Source: Deltaproteobacteria bacterium
GTDB lineage: Bacteria; Desulfobacterota; Dissulfuribacteria; Dissulfuribacterales; UBA3076
Assembly (NCBI GenBank): GCA_003194485.1
Contig: PQXD01000004.1
Coordinates: 90,822-154,821 of the forward strand
Length of the DNA stretch: 64,000 bases
Direction of reading: 5' to 3'
This document shows positions 19,389-29,435 of this stretch, piece after piece. A program made the position numbers and the translations under genes. Positions within the stretch are counted from its first letter, which is position 1; each line of letters starts with the position of its first letter. A model generated the notes under the pieces. It ran no database searches, had not been told where the DNA came from, and saw only the letters and a list, made by a program, of their open reading frames with translations.

Positions 19389-21320
19389 ATGTCAGTCACC
19401 CTCCTCAATGCAGGGCTTTTTTTTCTTTACTCCTTTGGGTTAAGTGCTTTCCTGACTCCGTGCGTGATCTGGATCTCGAGGCGCATCGGCTTTATGGCTC
19501 AGCCCAGGGAAGACCGGTGGCATAGGCATCCGACGGCCCTTCTGGGGGGTATTGCGTTATTCTTGTCATTTATGCTTCCCGGTCTGTTTCTGGGGAAGAT
19601 GCCATCTCCTATGCTTGCCCTGACTCTGGGAGCAAGTGCCATATTCTTACTGGGGCTGATTGATGATCTCTACGAGTTATCGCCTCAAAGCAAATTTATG
19701 GGCCAACTGATCATCTCTGCCCTGATTGTGGCCGGCGGGATGAGAATACAAGGATTGGGCCATCCCGCCGTATCCATAATTGTAACGCTTTTTTGGTTCG
19801 TAGCTGTCACTAATGCGGTCAATATTTTGGACAACATGGATGGCCTGGCGGCCGGCATTTCGTTTATAGCCGCCTGCTCACTTTGGGCCTACAGTCAACT
19901 CGGAGGGCCGGCTCTATTAGGTCCGCCGGCCATGCTCCTCGCAGGGGCTACTGCTGGATTCTGGATTTATAACTTTAATCCCGCCAAAATATTCATGGGA
20001 GATTGCGGAAGCCTCTTCCTGGGATTTATCCTGGCCGGCCTGACCGTAACAGGTACCTGGATGTCAGGGTTGCCTCATCCAGCGGGTGGAGGTTATACCG
20101 GAGTCACCAGCCTGGTACTGGTGCTGGTGGTCCCTGTGGCTGTCCTGATCATACCACTCTTTGACACCGCTCTCGTGTCCTTTACCAGGGCCCAGACCGG
20201 ACGGCCTATTTCTGAGGGAGGACGCGATCATACCTCTCATCGCATGGTTCTGCTGGGATATTCAGAAAAAAGGACCGTGTTAACACTCATGGCATGGGCT
20301 GGAGGCATATCGGCCATGGCCTTATACCTGTCATACCAGAGTGCACAGGGACTTCTGGTTATGCTGAGTGTGCTGGCAGTGATTTCCCTGTTTTTCGGAA
20401 CATTTCTTACACACTTGAACGGCACTGTTTATGATGGCAAGGCAGGGAGTCCAGATACCACATCTCGACAATCCTTACTTTTATCCCGAGTGCTTAACAA
20501 AAAGCAAATTCTCCAGGCAGTTGTGGATACTGTGCTTATAACCATCGCCTATCTTACTTCTTATCTTCTTCGATACGACGGTGTTATTAATTTGTGGAAT
20601 CAACAGCTCATAGAGAAATCTCTTCCCTTGCTTATCCCCGTCAAGCTGTGCTGCTTTTGGATCTTTGGGCTGTATAGGGGTCAATGGCGATATGTGAGTA
20701 TTGGAGACATGTGGCAGATCTTTAAGGCAGTTATAGTCAGTTCTCTAATTATTGTCGGATTGCTTCTATATATCTACCGCTTCGATGGCTATTCCAGAGT
20801 TCTTTTCGTGAACGATGCCCTGTTGACTCTGATAATGATAGGCGGAGTCCGTCTGCTCATGAGACTCTTTAAGGAATATTTCAGTCTGCAGGCCGAGCGC
20901 AGCAATTCGATACCCATCCTAATAGTGGGAGCGGGCGATGGGGGAGATCTGTTTTTGAGGGAACTCAGGCATAATTCAAATCACGATTATCTGCCGGTGG
21001 GTTTTATTGATGACGATCCTGCGAAAAAGAACCAGGTAATCCATGGGATCAAGGTCTTGGGAGACAGGGAAGCCATACCCGGCCTTGTCAAAAGATACGG
21101 AGTTAAAAGGGTGTTTGTGTCTATTATGTCGGCAGCAGACAGCCAGATTGAAGGGATTTCTGATATCTGCGAAAAGAGTGATGTGAAATGTGATAGGGTG
21201 AGGCCGCTTCTGGCAACAGTGAAATCCATAGAAAAAAAACCGGCCTGCTCAAAAAAAGACAAGGTTGTACTCTTTAAGCCTGGAAAGAAGAGGAGAAATG
21301 AGCGAAAAGCGTCTTTCTAA
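19389..21320 (+). CDS. Fusion protein: MraY/WecA-family polyprenyl-phosphate sugar-phosphate transferase + CapD/WbaP-like TM and Rossmann region
   Basis: NAVNILDNMDGLAAG and FMGDCGSLFLGF are GT4 MraY-like motifs. After extra TM helices come ILIVGAGDGG and GFIDDDPAKK, resembling the N-terminal region of polysaccharide biosynthesis proteins. Confidence 0.75.
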   Translation: MSVTLLNAGLFFLYSFGLSAFLTPCVIWISRRIGFMAQPREDRWHRHPTALLGGIALFLSFMLPGLFLGKMPSPMLALTLGASAIFLLGLIDDLYELSPQSKFMGQLIISALIVAGGMRIQGLGHPAVSIIVTLFWFVAVTNAVNILDNMDGLAAGISFIAACSLWAYSQLGGPALLGPPAMLLAGATAGFWIYNFNPAKIFMGDCGSLFLGFILAGLTVTGTWMSGLPHPAGGGYTGVTSLVLVLVVPVAVLIIPLFDTALVSFTRAQTGRPISEGGRDHTSHRMVLLGYSEKRTVLTLMAWAGGISAMALYLSYQSAQGLLVMLSVLAVISLFFGTFLTHLNGTVYDGKAGSPDTTSRQSLLLSRVLNKKQILQAVVDTVLITIAYLTSYLLRYDGVINLWNQQLIEKSLPLLIPVKLCCFWIFGLYRGQWRYVSIGDMWQIFKAVIVSSLIIVGLLLYIYRFDGYSRVLFVNDALLTLIMIGGVRLLMRLFKEYFSLQAERSNSIPILIVGAGDGGDLFLRELRHNSNHDYLPVGFIDDDPAKKNQVIHGIKVLGDREAIPGLVKRYGVKRVFVSIMSAADSQIEGISDICEKSDVKCDRVRPLLATVKSIEKKPACSKKDKVVLFKPGKKRRNERKASF

Positions 21321-22731
21321 AACCGAGTGGAAGCGTCTTGAAAAAGATCTATGCCGAAGCAGAAGACCTGTTTGGACACAAATCACGGCCAAAGACCGAC
21401 AAAGGGTCCTTTCGTATTCGGACAAGTACAAGGACTTTATCAGTAAGGCAAAGACCGAACGAGAGTCTGTCGACATCATTGTAAGCATGGCACAGAAGAG
21501 AGGTTTTGTGCCGTTTGAACAGGCCGGGCCGGGTTCCAGCCGGATCTTGTGGACCTTCAGGGGAAAGACGGCTGCCTTGGCCGTAACAGGTAAGGCGCCT
21601 ATTTCTGATGGAATCAGGATCATCGCTTCGCACATAGACGCCCCCCGTTTGGACCTGAAGCAGAATCCCGTATATGAAGATCTGGAGATGGCCTTTTTGA
21701 AGACACATTATTACGGTGGGATCAAGAAGTTTCACTGGGTGGCTCGCCCTCTCGCCATCCATGGCCTGGCACTGAAAAGAGACGGGAGCGCAATTCCTGT
21801 TGAATTTGGTGAGGATCCTCATGATCCTGTGCTTTCAATAAACGATCTTTTGCCGCATCTTGCCCACAAAGTGCAGGATAAGAAAAAGATGTCAGAGGCC
21901 ATACCTGCAGAGAAGCTCAATGTGTTAATCGGAGGTTTTCCTCTTTTGGGCCCTGAAGACCTGAAGGAAGGCGTGAAATTACGTATCTTGAGGATTCTGA
22001 ACGAAAGGTACGGCCTGGTGGAAGAGGATCTGATAAGTGCGGAACTGGAAATTGTCCCTGCAGGTGTCTCGAAGGATGTGGGTCTGGACGGCGCTTTTGT
22101 CGGCGGTTACGGGCAGGATGACAGGTCCTGTGCATATGCCTCTCTTCATTCCATCCTTGAACTTGAGGAACCCCAAGTTACTTCAGTTGCCCTTTTCCTT
22201 GATAAGGAAGAAATAGGAAGTGACGGAAATACAGGGGCCAAATCCAGCTTTTTTGAGGTAGTGCTATATGATCTCATGCGGAATGGAGGTCTTCGGATCG
22301 AAGCGGATAGCCTTGTACGAATACTTATTGTGTCCAAGGCGATTTCAGCGGATGTTACCGCGGGAATAGATCCCAATTACAAAGAAGTCCATGAGGAACG
22401 CAATGACGCACTTGTCGGACATGGAGTCTGCCTTACGAAATATACCGGCTCAAGAGGAAAATATTCAGCAAATGATGCCCATGCCGAATATGTTAACTGG
22501 TTGAGGTGCGTCTGGAACAATGCCAAAGTCGTCTGGCAGGCCGGGGAGTTGGGGAAGGTGGACGAAGGCGGAGGGGGTACTGTGGCCAAATATCTCGCCC
22601 AGCGCGGCCTGGACATAATCGACGCAGGACCTCCCGTGCTCAATATGCACTCGCCATTTGAGATAGCGCATAAGTCCGACCTGTTTATGACGTACAGGGC
22701 ATACGCTGCTTTTTATCAGGCAGAGGATTGA
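21298..22731 (+). CDS. M18 family aminopeptidase
   Basis: AGGAGA precedes ATG 21298 (the ORF track starts at 21265). GYGQDDRSCAY, LDKEEIGS and LNMHSPFE motifs. Confidence 0.8.
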   Translation: MSEKRLSKTEWKRLEKDLCRSRRPVWTQITAKDRQRVLSYSDKYKDFISKAKTERESVDIIVSMAQKRGFVPFEQAGPGSSRILWTFRGKTAALAVTGKAPISDGIRIIASHIDAPRLDLKQNPVYEDLEMAFLKTHYYGGIKKFHWVARPLAIHGLALKRDGSAIPVEFGEDPHDPVLSINDLLPHLAHKVQDKKKMSEAIPAEKLNVLIGGFPLLGPEDLKEGVKLRILRILNERYGLVEEDLISAELEIVPAGVSKDVGLDGAFVGGYGQDDRSCAYASLHSILELEEPQVTSVALFLDKEEIGSDGNTGAKSSFFEVVLYDLMRNGGLRIEADSLVRILIVSKAISADVTAGIDPNYKEVHEERNDALVGHGVCLTKYTGSRGKYSANDAHAEYVNWLRCVWNNAKVVWQAGELGKVDEGGGGTVAKYLAQRGLDIIDAGPPVLNMHSPFEIAHKSDLFMTYRAYAAFYQAED

Positions 22732-22757
22732 TTGATTTTCGAAAAGGATCTGTCACC

Positions 22758-24383
22758 ATGCAGTTCAAGACTGATTTTCTGGTTATAGGGAGCGGGATAG
22801 CCGGGCTGAGTCTTGCAATAAAACTCGCCCCGCTGGGACAGGTAACAGTAGTTACCAAAAAGTCCGCATCTGATACGGCTACCAATTTGGCCCAGGGCGG
22901 CATAGCCTGTGTCTTTGGCCATGATGACAGCTTTGACCTGCACCAACAGGACACCCTGCGCGCGGGGGACGGTCTGTGTCACGAAGATATAGTCGAAATG
23001 ATAGTCAGCCAGGGCCCGGACCGTGTAAGGGAGTTAGAAGGCCTTGGGTTGAAATTCAACAGGGATCCGTACAATCCTGACCTGCTGGATCTTGGAAGAG
23101 AGGGAGAACACTCTCGCCGCAGGATAGTTCACGTTGGAGATTTTACCGGTAGATCGGTGCAGAATGTCTTGATGGATAATGTCGGCAGGTTGCCTTCTGT
23201 TGAGGTTTTTGAAGACTATATTGCGATTGACCTCATCACCGAAAGTAAAGTCAGGGCACGCCTGCCAGGCAAGGTAGAGGAAGAGCGATGCCTGGGGGCC
23301 TATCTGCTTGAAGTGGCAACAGGTACGGTTCATACTTTCCTGGCCCCGATAACAGTACTCGCCACGGGCGGGTCCGGTAAGGTTTATCTTTATACCAGTA
23401 ATCCTGATGTGGCTACGGGTGACGGTATAGCTGTAGCGTACCGTGCCGGAGTCAGGATCGCCAATCTGGAATTCGTTCAGTTTCATCCCACGTGTCTCTA
23501 TCATCCTAAGGCCAAAAATTTTCTCATATCAGAAGCACTCAGGGGAGAGGGTGCCATACTCCTGGACCCTGAATACAGGCCTTTCATGGAGAAATATGAC
23601 CCCAGACAGAAGGATCTTTCCGGAAGAGATATAGTCGCAAGGGCCATAGATACTGAATTAAAGAGCAGCGGAAAGGAATGTGTATATCTGGATATAAGTC
23701 ACCGCTCTGCTGATTTCATACAGGGGCGTTTCCCAAATATTTATGAGACATGTCTGGACTTTGGGATAGATATCACAAAGGAGCCTATACCAGTTGTACC
23801 GGCAGCCCATTATATGTGCGGAGGGGTGGTTACTGACAAATACGGAGAGACAGACCTTGAAGGCCTTTTCGCTTTGGGAGAAACTGCATGTACTGGTCTG
23901 CATGGCGCCAACCGGCTTGCGTCGAATTCCCTTCTTGAAGCCCTTGTCATGGCCCACCAGGCTTTTTTGAAGATCAGTGAAATCTTCCCTGGCTTGAAGG
24001 CAAAATTATTTCCCCAGGTATCTCCATGGGAAACCAGGGGAGCTGTGGATTTAAAAGAGGCGGTTCTCATTTCTCACAATTGGGATGTAATCCGGCGTCT
24101 GATGTGGAACTATGTCGGTATTGTCCGCAGCACAAAAAGACTTAAACTGGCCGGACAGCGCCTTTTACCTATTCTTGAAGAGATCCAGCAGCACTACTGG
24201 GAATATATCCTCACCCGGGATTTTATAGAACTGAGGAACCTCGCACAGGTTGCTGAACTCATCATTATAGCAGCCAGCCAGCGGAAGGAGAGCAGGGGCG
24301 GGCACTTCACGATTGACTATCCTTTTAAAGATGACTGGAACTGGCGCAGAGATACAATTATTCAAAGGTTTGGAAGGCATTAA
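22758..24383 (+). CDS. nadB: L-aspartate oxidase
   Basis: FLVIGSGIAGLS FAD motif plus HYMCGGV and GLHGANRLASNSLLE. ATG 22758 is preferred over TTG 22728. Confidence 0.9.
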   Translation: MQFKTDFLVIGSGIAGLSLAIKLAPLGQVTVVTKKSASDTATNLAQGGIACVFGHDDSFDLHQQDTLRAGDGLCHEDIVEMIVSQGPDRVRELEGLGLKFNRDPYNPDLLDLGREGEHSRRRIVHVGDFTGRSVQNVLMDNVGRLPSVEVFEDYIAIDLITESKVRARLPGKVEEERCLGAYLLEVATGTVHTFLAPITVLATGGSGKVYLYTSNPDVATGDGIAVAYRAGVRIANLEFVQFHPTCLYHPKAKNFLISEALRGEGAILLDPEYRPFMEKYDPRQKDLSGRDIVARAIDTELKSSGKECVYLDISHRSADFIQGRFPNIYETCLDFGIDITKEPIPVVPAAHYMCGGVVTDKYGETDLEGLFALGETACTGLHGANRLASNSLLEALVMAHQAFLKISEIFPGLKAKLFPQVSPWETRGAVDLKEAVLISHNWDVIRRLMWNYVGIVRSTKRLKLAGQRLLPILEEIQQHYWEYILTRDFIELRNLAQVAELIIIAASQRKESRGGHFTIDYPFKDDWNWRRDTIIQRFGRH

Positions 24384-24520
24384 TCAGGAGTTATATGGTT
24401 ACTTAAAAAGAAATGCGGACAGAGATCCGGCCATTGGAAAAGGAATCGGCCATAGTATAGCTAAGGGAAAAGTTAGACTTCGGAATTCAGGCACTCAATC
24501 TTAATTTTGGCTCTAATACT

Positions 24521-24988
24521 TTGAATTTCAGAGACAAAATAGTCTTCTTTCTGGCAAGCGGACTATTTTTGGGATTGGTCCCCTTTGCCCCGGGTACATT
24601 TGGGAGTCTCCTTGGCATTCCTCTCCACTGGCTTCTCAGTCATCTTCCAATTTCTCTGGGAATATGTTCTCTTGTATTTGTTGTGCTGATATCTGTGTGG
24701 ATAGCAGGCAGGACAGAGCTTTTACTGGGAAATACTGATCCATCTCAAATAGTGATAGATGAAGTGGCCGGCATGGCAGTAGCGCTTGCGGGTGCGCCCA
24801 TTGAACCTTCTTTGATTATAATTGCCTTTTTGTTTTTTCGTTTTTTTGACATCTGGAAACCCTTTCCAATAAGATATATTGACAGATCTCTTCCCGGGGG
24901 ATGGGGTATTGTACTTGATGATGTTGCAGCCGGTGTTATGGCAAACTTGTCCTGGAGACTGTGGCATTATATTGTACCTCTGATCTGA
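24521..24988 (+). CDS. pgpA: Phosphatidylglycerophosphatase A
   Basis: 155 aa. PFAPGTFGSL, VIDEVAGM and FRFFDIWKPFP motifs. TTG start. Confidence 0.85.
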   Translation: MNFRDKIVFFLASGLFLGLVPFAPGTFGSLLGIPLHWLLSHLPISLGICSLVFVVLISVWIAGRTELLLGNTDPSQIVIDEVAGMAVALAGAPIEPSLIIIAFLFFRFFDIWKPFPIRYIDRSLPGGWGIVLDDVAAGVMANLSWRLWHYIVPLI

Positions 24989-25037
24989 ATATATGAGATT
25001 TGAATTGGAATTTCATGGACTTTCAAGGTAATTAGTC

Positions 25038-26312
25038 ATGCATGGTGAAATTATAGCTATAGGAGATGAGCTTGTATCCGGCAAAGTGCTCAATACCACT
25101 GGCAGCTTTGCAGCCAATAAGCTTTTTTCTGCCGGTTGCCAGATAACCAGGATAACATCCATTGGTGACGATCCCGATGATATCGAGGAATGTCTGCTGA
25201 CAGCAATAAAGAGATCAGAATACGTTATAATCACCGGCGGGCTTGGACCAACCAGTGACGATATAACTAATGAGGTAGCGGCCAAGGCCTTAGGGCGTCC
25301 TTTGGTACCGAATGAGGTAATTCTCGAGAAGATCAGGAGGGCGGAACGGCGATTTGTTAATCCTGTTTCTTTGAGTGAAAAGTTGGCTTGGTTACCTGAA
25401 GGTGCCGAAGTCCTGAATCCCGAAGGTTGCGCTGCAGGATATCTCTTGATCCACAAGGACATTCCTCTTTTTTTTCTGCCGGGAGTGCCAGGGGAGTTGG
25501 AAGATCACATGGTCCAGCGGGTTATTCCCAGGCTTAACGAGCTTATTGCCGGAAAATTATATGTAAGACAGCAGACCTTCAAGGTATTTGGCCTGACAGA
25601 GACAGAAATAAACACGCTTCTTGAAAAGCTGGAATCCAGCCGGGATGGCTTGAGTATCGGTTATTATCCCAACTTCCCCGAAGTCAACGTGACCGCCACT
25701 GTAAAGGGCGTAAATCCGGAAGAAGTTAACAAAATTTTTGAAATGGCATGCGATACAATCAAAAAGCATCTGGACAAAAATATAGTTGCCGTTAATGAGG
25801 AAACTCTTGAAGAGGTAGTAGGCAGACTTCTGTCTGAAAATCATGGCGTTCTCGTCCTTGCAGAGTCCTGTACCGGCGGCCTTCTGAGCCAACGTGTGAC
25901 CAGCATTCCCGGCAGCTCCGGTTGGTTTGAAAGGGCAGTAATTACATATAGCGACAAGTCAAAGGAAGATCTCCTTGGGGTCTCCCGCGAGACTTTATCC
26001 TGTTATGGTGCAGTCAGTCACCGGACTGCCGAGGAAATGGCAGACGGTGTGAAACGATTGGCCGGTACTGGCTATAGTCTTGCTGTTACCGGCATTGCGG
26101 GGCCATCCGGTGGTACTTCTCAAAAGCCTGTAGGCACAGTCTATATTGCCCTATCAACCCCGGAACGAACAGTAGTGGAACGATTCCAATTTGCCGGGAC
26201 AAGACACATGATACAGGTACTGGCAGCGGAAACTGCTCTTGACTGGCTGAGACGGTATTTGAGTTATGGTACGTACTTTCCTGGCTATAGATCTGCCGGG
26301 CAGGCAGCGTAA
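25038..26312 (+). CDS. cinA: CinA family protein (MoCF-binding domain + nicotinamide-nucleotide amidohydrolase PncC domain)
   Basis: MHGEIIAIGDELVSGKV...ITGGLGPTSDDIT in the N-domain, and AESCTGGLL in the C-domain. Confidence 0.9.
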   Translation: MHGEIIAIGDELVSGKVLNTTGSFAANKLFSAGCQITRITSIGDDPDDIEECLLTAIKRSEYVIITGGLGPTSDDITNEVAAKALGRPLVPNEVILEKIRRAERRFVNPVSLSEKLAWLPEGAEVLNPEGCAAGYLLIHKDIPLFFLPGVPGELEDHMVQRVIPRLNELIAGKLYVRQQTFKVFGLTETEINTLLEKLESSRDGLSIGYYPNFPEVNVTATVKGVNPEEVNKIFEMACDTIKKHLDKNIVAVNEETLEEVVGRLLSENHGVLVLAESCTGGLLSQRVTSIPGSSGWFERAVITYSDKSKEDLLGVSRETLSCYGAVSHRTAEEMADGVKRLAGTGYSLAVTGIAGPSGGTSQKPVGTVYIALSTPERTVVERFQFAGTRHMIQVLAAETALDWLRRYLSYGTYFPGYRSAGQAA

Positions 26313-26835
26313 GATACTTGAAGAACATCAGGGCCGATGGAAGTCTGCCAAGGCAGATGTGAAGTGGATCTATCCGTCCAATATGCACCTGACACTGAAA
26401 TTTCTGGGTGAAATTCAGGAATCAACCATAGAGAGCGTGATAGCTGTCTGCAGAGAGGTCTGTTGTCTTTACAGGAGTTTTTCTTTGTTTTTAAATGACA
26501 CGGGCGTCTTCCCAAACCTGAGACGACCCCGGGTACTGTGGATCGGAATCGGAGGTGAAGCAGATATTCTGTGCAAATTGCAAGGCAGTATTGAAGCAGC
26601 CTTGGAGAAAAAGGAGTTCCCACGGGAAGGCCGTGTCTTTAAGCCTCACCTGACTGTAGGCCGAATTCGTTCCCCCCGCGGGCTTCCACGGCTTCTTGAA
26701 GTATTTGTAAAGGATAAGATTGTAATTGAACCTTTTGCAGTAAAAGAAGTAATTGTATATAAAAGCCGGTTGACTCCCAGCGGACCTTTATACAGTCCTC
26801 TGGCTCGATGCGGTTTAGGGCCGGGGAAGAAATGA
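26266..26835 (+). CDS. thpR: RNA 2',3'-cyclic phosphodiesterase (2H family, ThpR/LigT)
   Basis: Two HxT motifs: HLTLKFLG and HLTVGR. 189 aa. Overlaps the cinA 3' end. Confidence 0.85.
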   Translation: MVRTFLAIDLPGRQRKILEEHQGRWKSAKADVKWIYPSNMHLTLKFLGEIQESTIESVIAVCREVCCLYRSFSLFLNDTGVFPNLRRPRVLWIGIGGEADILCKLQGSIEAALEKKEFPREGRVFKPHLTVGRIRSPRGLPRLLEVFVKDKIVIEPFAVKEVIVYKSRLTPSGPLYSPLARCGLGPGKK

Positions 26836-26841
26836 ACTGCT

Positions 26842-27075
26842 AAAAAAATGAACATCGAACATCGAACATCCAACATCGAATATTGAATGGGAAAAGATGA
26901 AGGAACAGAGGTCAGAAGCCGGAAGCCGGAGGTCGGAAAAACAGCAACCAAATATTCCTGAACCTTTGTTTCTCATTTGGTGTTTGTTTTTCATTCGACG
27001 TTGGGCGTTCGATGTTCGATGTTGGACGTTCATCTCTTGAACCTCTGAACCCTGAACCTCTGAACCTCTGAACCT
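26842..27075. repeat. Low-complexity palindromic repeat with heptamer and octamer arrays
   Basis: (GAACATC)n at 26850-26891 faces the inverted array ATTCGAC GTTGGGC GTTCGAT... at 26993-27034. (TCTGAACC)n follows at 27037-27075. The element fills the convergent gap between thpR and the ATPase gene. Confidence 0.85.
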
Positions 27076-27344
27076 CTATCTTATGCAGGCCGCCTTAACC
27101 TGTTTTAGTTCTGTATCTCCTTTTAAGACCTTCTGTATACCGTCCTGCTTCAGGGTAAACATTCCCTGCCTCATGGCATGCTCCCGTATTTCTTCCAAGG
27201 GGCATTTCTTCTGTATAAGCTTCTTAAGGTTGTCATCCGACACGAGCAGTTCGTGAATCGCGAGCCTGCCCCTGAATCCGGTCCTGTTGCAATGTTGGCA
27301 ACCCTTTGGCCGGTATAGCTTTATGTCATTCAGGTCTGATGGTT
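27076..27344 (-). pseudogene. Out-of-frame C-terminal continuation of the PilB/GspE-like ATPase
   Basis: In a different frame from 27345-29435, the reverse strand reads SNPTLEPSDLNDIKLYRPKGCQHCNRTGFRGRLAIHELLVSDDNLKKLIQKKCPLEEIREHAMRQGMFTLKQDGIQKVLKGDTELKQVKAACIR-stop (stop at 27076-27078). This is the normal C-terminus of the family, including the second CxxC. Confidence 0.8.
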
Positions 27345-29435
27345 CTAGGGTCGGGTTGGATGAAAACCATACTCGTGTAATATGTTTTCCTTCTCGCTGT
27401 CGTCAGGCTCGTAAGCCTGGCGACACTTGGGACAAAGCCTTTTTACCAGCCTTTGTGCAAGAACCCCCAACAGGGCGTCGGCAAAATTGTACGGGTCCAT
27501 TCCCATACCCAAAAGCCTTGTAACTGTTTCCGGGGCGGAATTGGTATGGAGTGTCGAAAAAACCAGATGTCCGGTCAGGGACGCCTCTATTATTGTCCTG
27601 GCAGTTTCTTCGTCTCTGGTTTCGCCAATCATTATCACATCCGGGTCCGCCCTTAAAAAGGCCCTGAGAACCCGGGCAAAAGTCAGGCCTATATGTGGTT
27701 TCACCTGTACCTGACGCAATCCGTCCTGCACGATTTCTACAGGATCTTCTGCCGTCCAGATTTTTTTATCAGGCCGGTTTATATGACCTAGTGCGGCATG
27801 CAGGGTAGTTGTCTTTCCCGACCCGGTAGGACCAACCAGAAATATGAGCCCATAGGGCAACTGTAAAAGCTGTTTTAGCTGTTTCAGGTTGTAATCAAGG
27901 ATATCTATGTGGTCAATCGGCATGGCCTCGGAAGAAGCCAGTAACCTGAGTACGATATCTTCGTTGCCTTCAATTGTTGGAAGTGTGGCTACACGCAATT
28001 CCAAGGTCTTGCCAGAGCGAGTCTTGAACTTTATCTTTCCGTCTTGAGGCAAGCGCTTCTCGGCAATGTCAAGGTTAGACATGATCTTGATCCTGGATAT
28101 CATTGCACGCTTATAGTTATACGGAATGGTTTGATAACGCATGCAATCGCCATCAATCCTGAAGCGAACCAGGGCCCCCCGTTTGCCTGCCAAGGATTCA
28201 ATGTGAATGTCAGAGGCCCGGCGCTGGTAGGCGTCCTCTATGGTTTTATTGGCTATCTGTACTACTACGCTGTCAGATTCTGATGCTAAACCTTCTTCAT
28301 CCTCCTCTTCTTCTTCTGATTCCGCGCCCTCATCAACCAGTTCAAGTTGCTCAAATACGTGATCATCAGCTCCTTCTGCAGAATATTTTCCATAGAAATA
28401 ATCTATGAATCTGTCGATATCTTCCTGCAGGGAAACCGCGAATTGAAAATCTTTGGCCTTAAGAACGCTTCTTATATTGTCTATCTTTGCCAAGTCATGG
28501 GGATTATCCAGCGCAACTATAATGGTCCCTGACTTTTCACGAATCGGGGCACAGGAATTGCTTCTAAAAAAGTGCTCTTTGATCCCTTGTACGCAAGATG
28601 GTGTGGCCCCCACTTCCAGTTCGTCAAATTCCACAAAGGGGCATCGATAGTATTCGCTGAGGGAGCGGCCGAGTTCTGTCTTGTCTATGCCAAACTGGTT
28701 TAGCAGGATACTTTCTATGGATTTTCTTCCCTGTTTAGCCAGTTCTCTGCTCCTGTTAAGCTGTTCTTCAGACAGCAACTGATTACGGATGAGATAGTAG
28801 AATCGGCCATACTTCTGGGCTGACCGGGAAAGTTCTTCAAGTCTCTGCTTTGCATTTCTGAATGCTGGATCAAGACGGATGATTTGTTCCAGTGAATCAA
28901 CGGCCTTGGGAATCGCGCCGGTTCGTTCGTGGGTAAGTGCCAGCTTATATAGTATATCCAATCGTTCATCCCTGGACAGTTGCGGATCACCAAGCGCCTC
29001 CTGTAAATGTTCAAGTGCATCGAAGGGCATATCCAGCCGTAGATATGATTCCCCAATCTTTGCCTGAATTATCCCAGGCCTGTATCCTGTTTCATTTAAG
29101 GCCTTGAGTTCCTCTATGGCCTCTGAATAAAAGTCTGCCTCCATCAAACCGATGCAGCTGTTGAATTTTTTGTCTTGATCTTCTTCAATATCTTCAGGGC
29201 CGGAGGCTGAGTCCGCTCCTCCTGACCGGGCTTTTCCCCCGCTGCCATCAATCTGAATTTTTTTCAGCAGAGATTCTACCTCGGTATGGAGGGGATGAGA
29301 TTGATCACCTGTCAGTTTCTGAAGCTCCAGGCAAATAAGAAGAGCCTCTTCGTTTAGGCCCTGACTATGATACAAATCGGCTTCTGCCAGCCTGTCTTTA
29401 ATTGTATTGTCCGAAGTTGAATGGAGTTTATTCAT
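27345..29435 (-). CDS. TPR + T2SSE_N (MshEN-like) + PilB/GspE-family secretion/pilus ATPase, reading frame interrupted near the C-terminus
   Basis: Walker A GPTGSGKTTT, Asp box TAEDPVE, Walker B DPDVIMIGETRD, His box TGHLVFSTLHTN and the first CPKC of the tetracysteine site. The N-terminal 230 aa are TPR-like. The start overlaps the upstream gene's stop by 8 nt. Confidence 0.85.
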   Translation of the reverse strand: MNKLHSTSDNTIKDRLAEADLYHSQGLNEEALLICLELQKLTGDQSHPLHTEVESLLKKIQIDGSGGKARSGGADSASGPEDIEEDQDKKFNSCIGLMEADFYSEAIEELKALNETGYRPGIIQAKIGESYLRLDMPFDALEHLQEALGDPQLSRDERLDILYKLALTHERTGAIPKAVDSLEQIIRLDPAFRNAKQRLEELSRSAQKYGRFYYLIRNQLLSEEQLNRSRELAKQGRKSIESILLNQFGIDKTELGRSLSEYYRCPFVEFDELEVGATPSCVQGIKEHFFRSNSCAPIREKSGTIIVALDNPHDLAKIDNIRSVLKAKDFQFAVSLQEDIDRFIDYFYGKYSAEGADDHVFEQLELVDEGAESEEEEEDEEGLASESDSVVVQIANKTIEDAYQRRASDIHIESLAGKRGALVRFRIDGDCMRYQTIPYNYKRAMISRIKIMSNLDIAEKRLPQDGKIKFKTRSGKTLELRVATLPTIEGNEDIVLRLLASSEAMPIDHIDILDYNLKQLKQLLQLPYGLIFLVGPTGSGKTTTLHAALGHINRPDKKIWTAEDPVEIVQDGLRQVQVKPHIGLTFARVLRAFLRADPDVIMIGETRDEETARTIIEASLTGHLVFSTLHTNSAPETVTRLLGMGMDPYNFADALLGVLAQRLVKRLCPKCRQAYEPDDSEKENILHEYGFHPTRP

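Noticed and set aside
26842-27075. A possible CRISPR array or minisatellite because of the regularly spaced short repeats.
   Set aside because: The repeat units are 7-8 nt and contiguous with no unique spacers. The arrays are arranged as inverted arms, and no cas genes are present.
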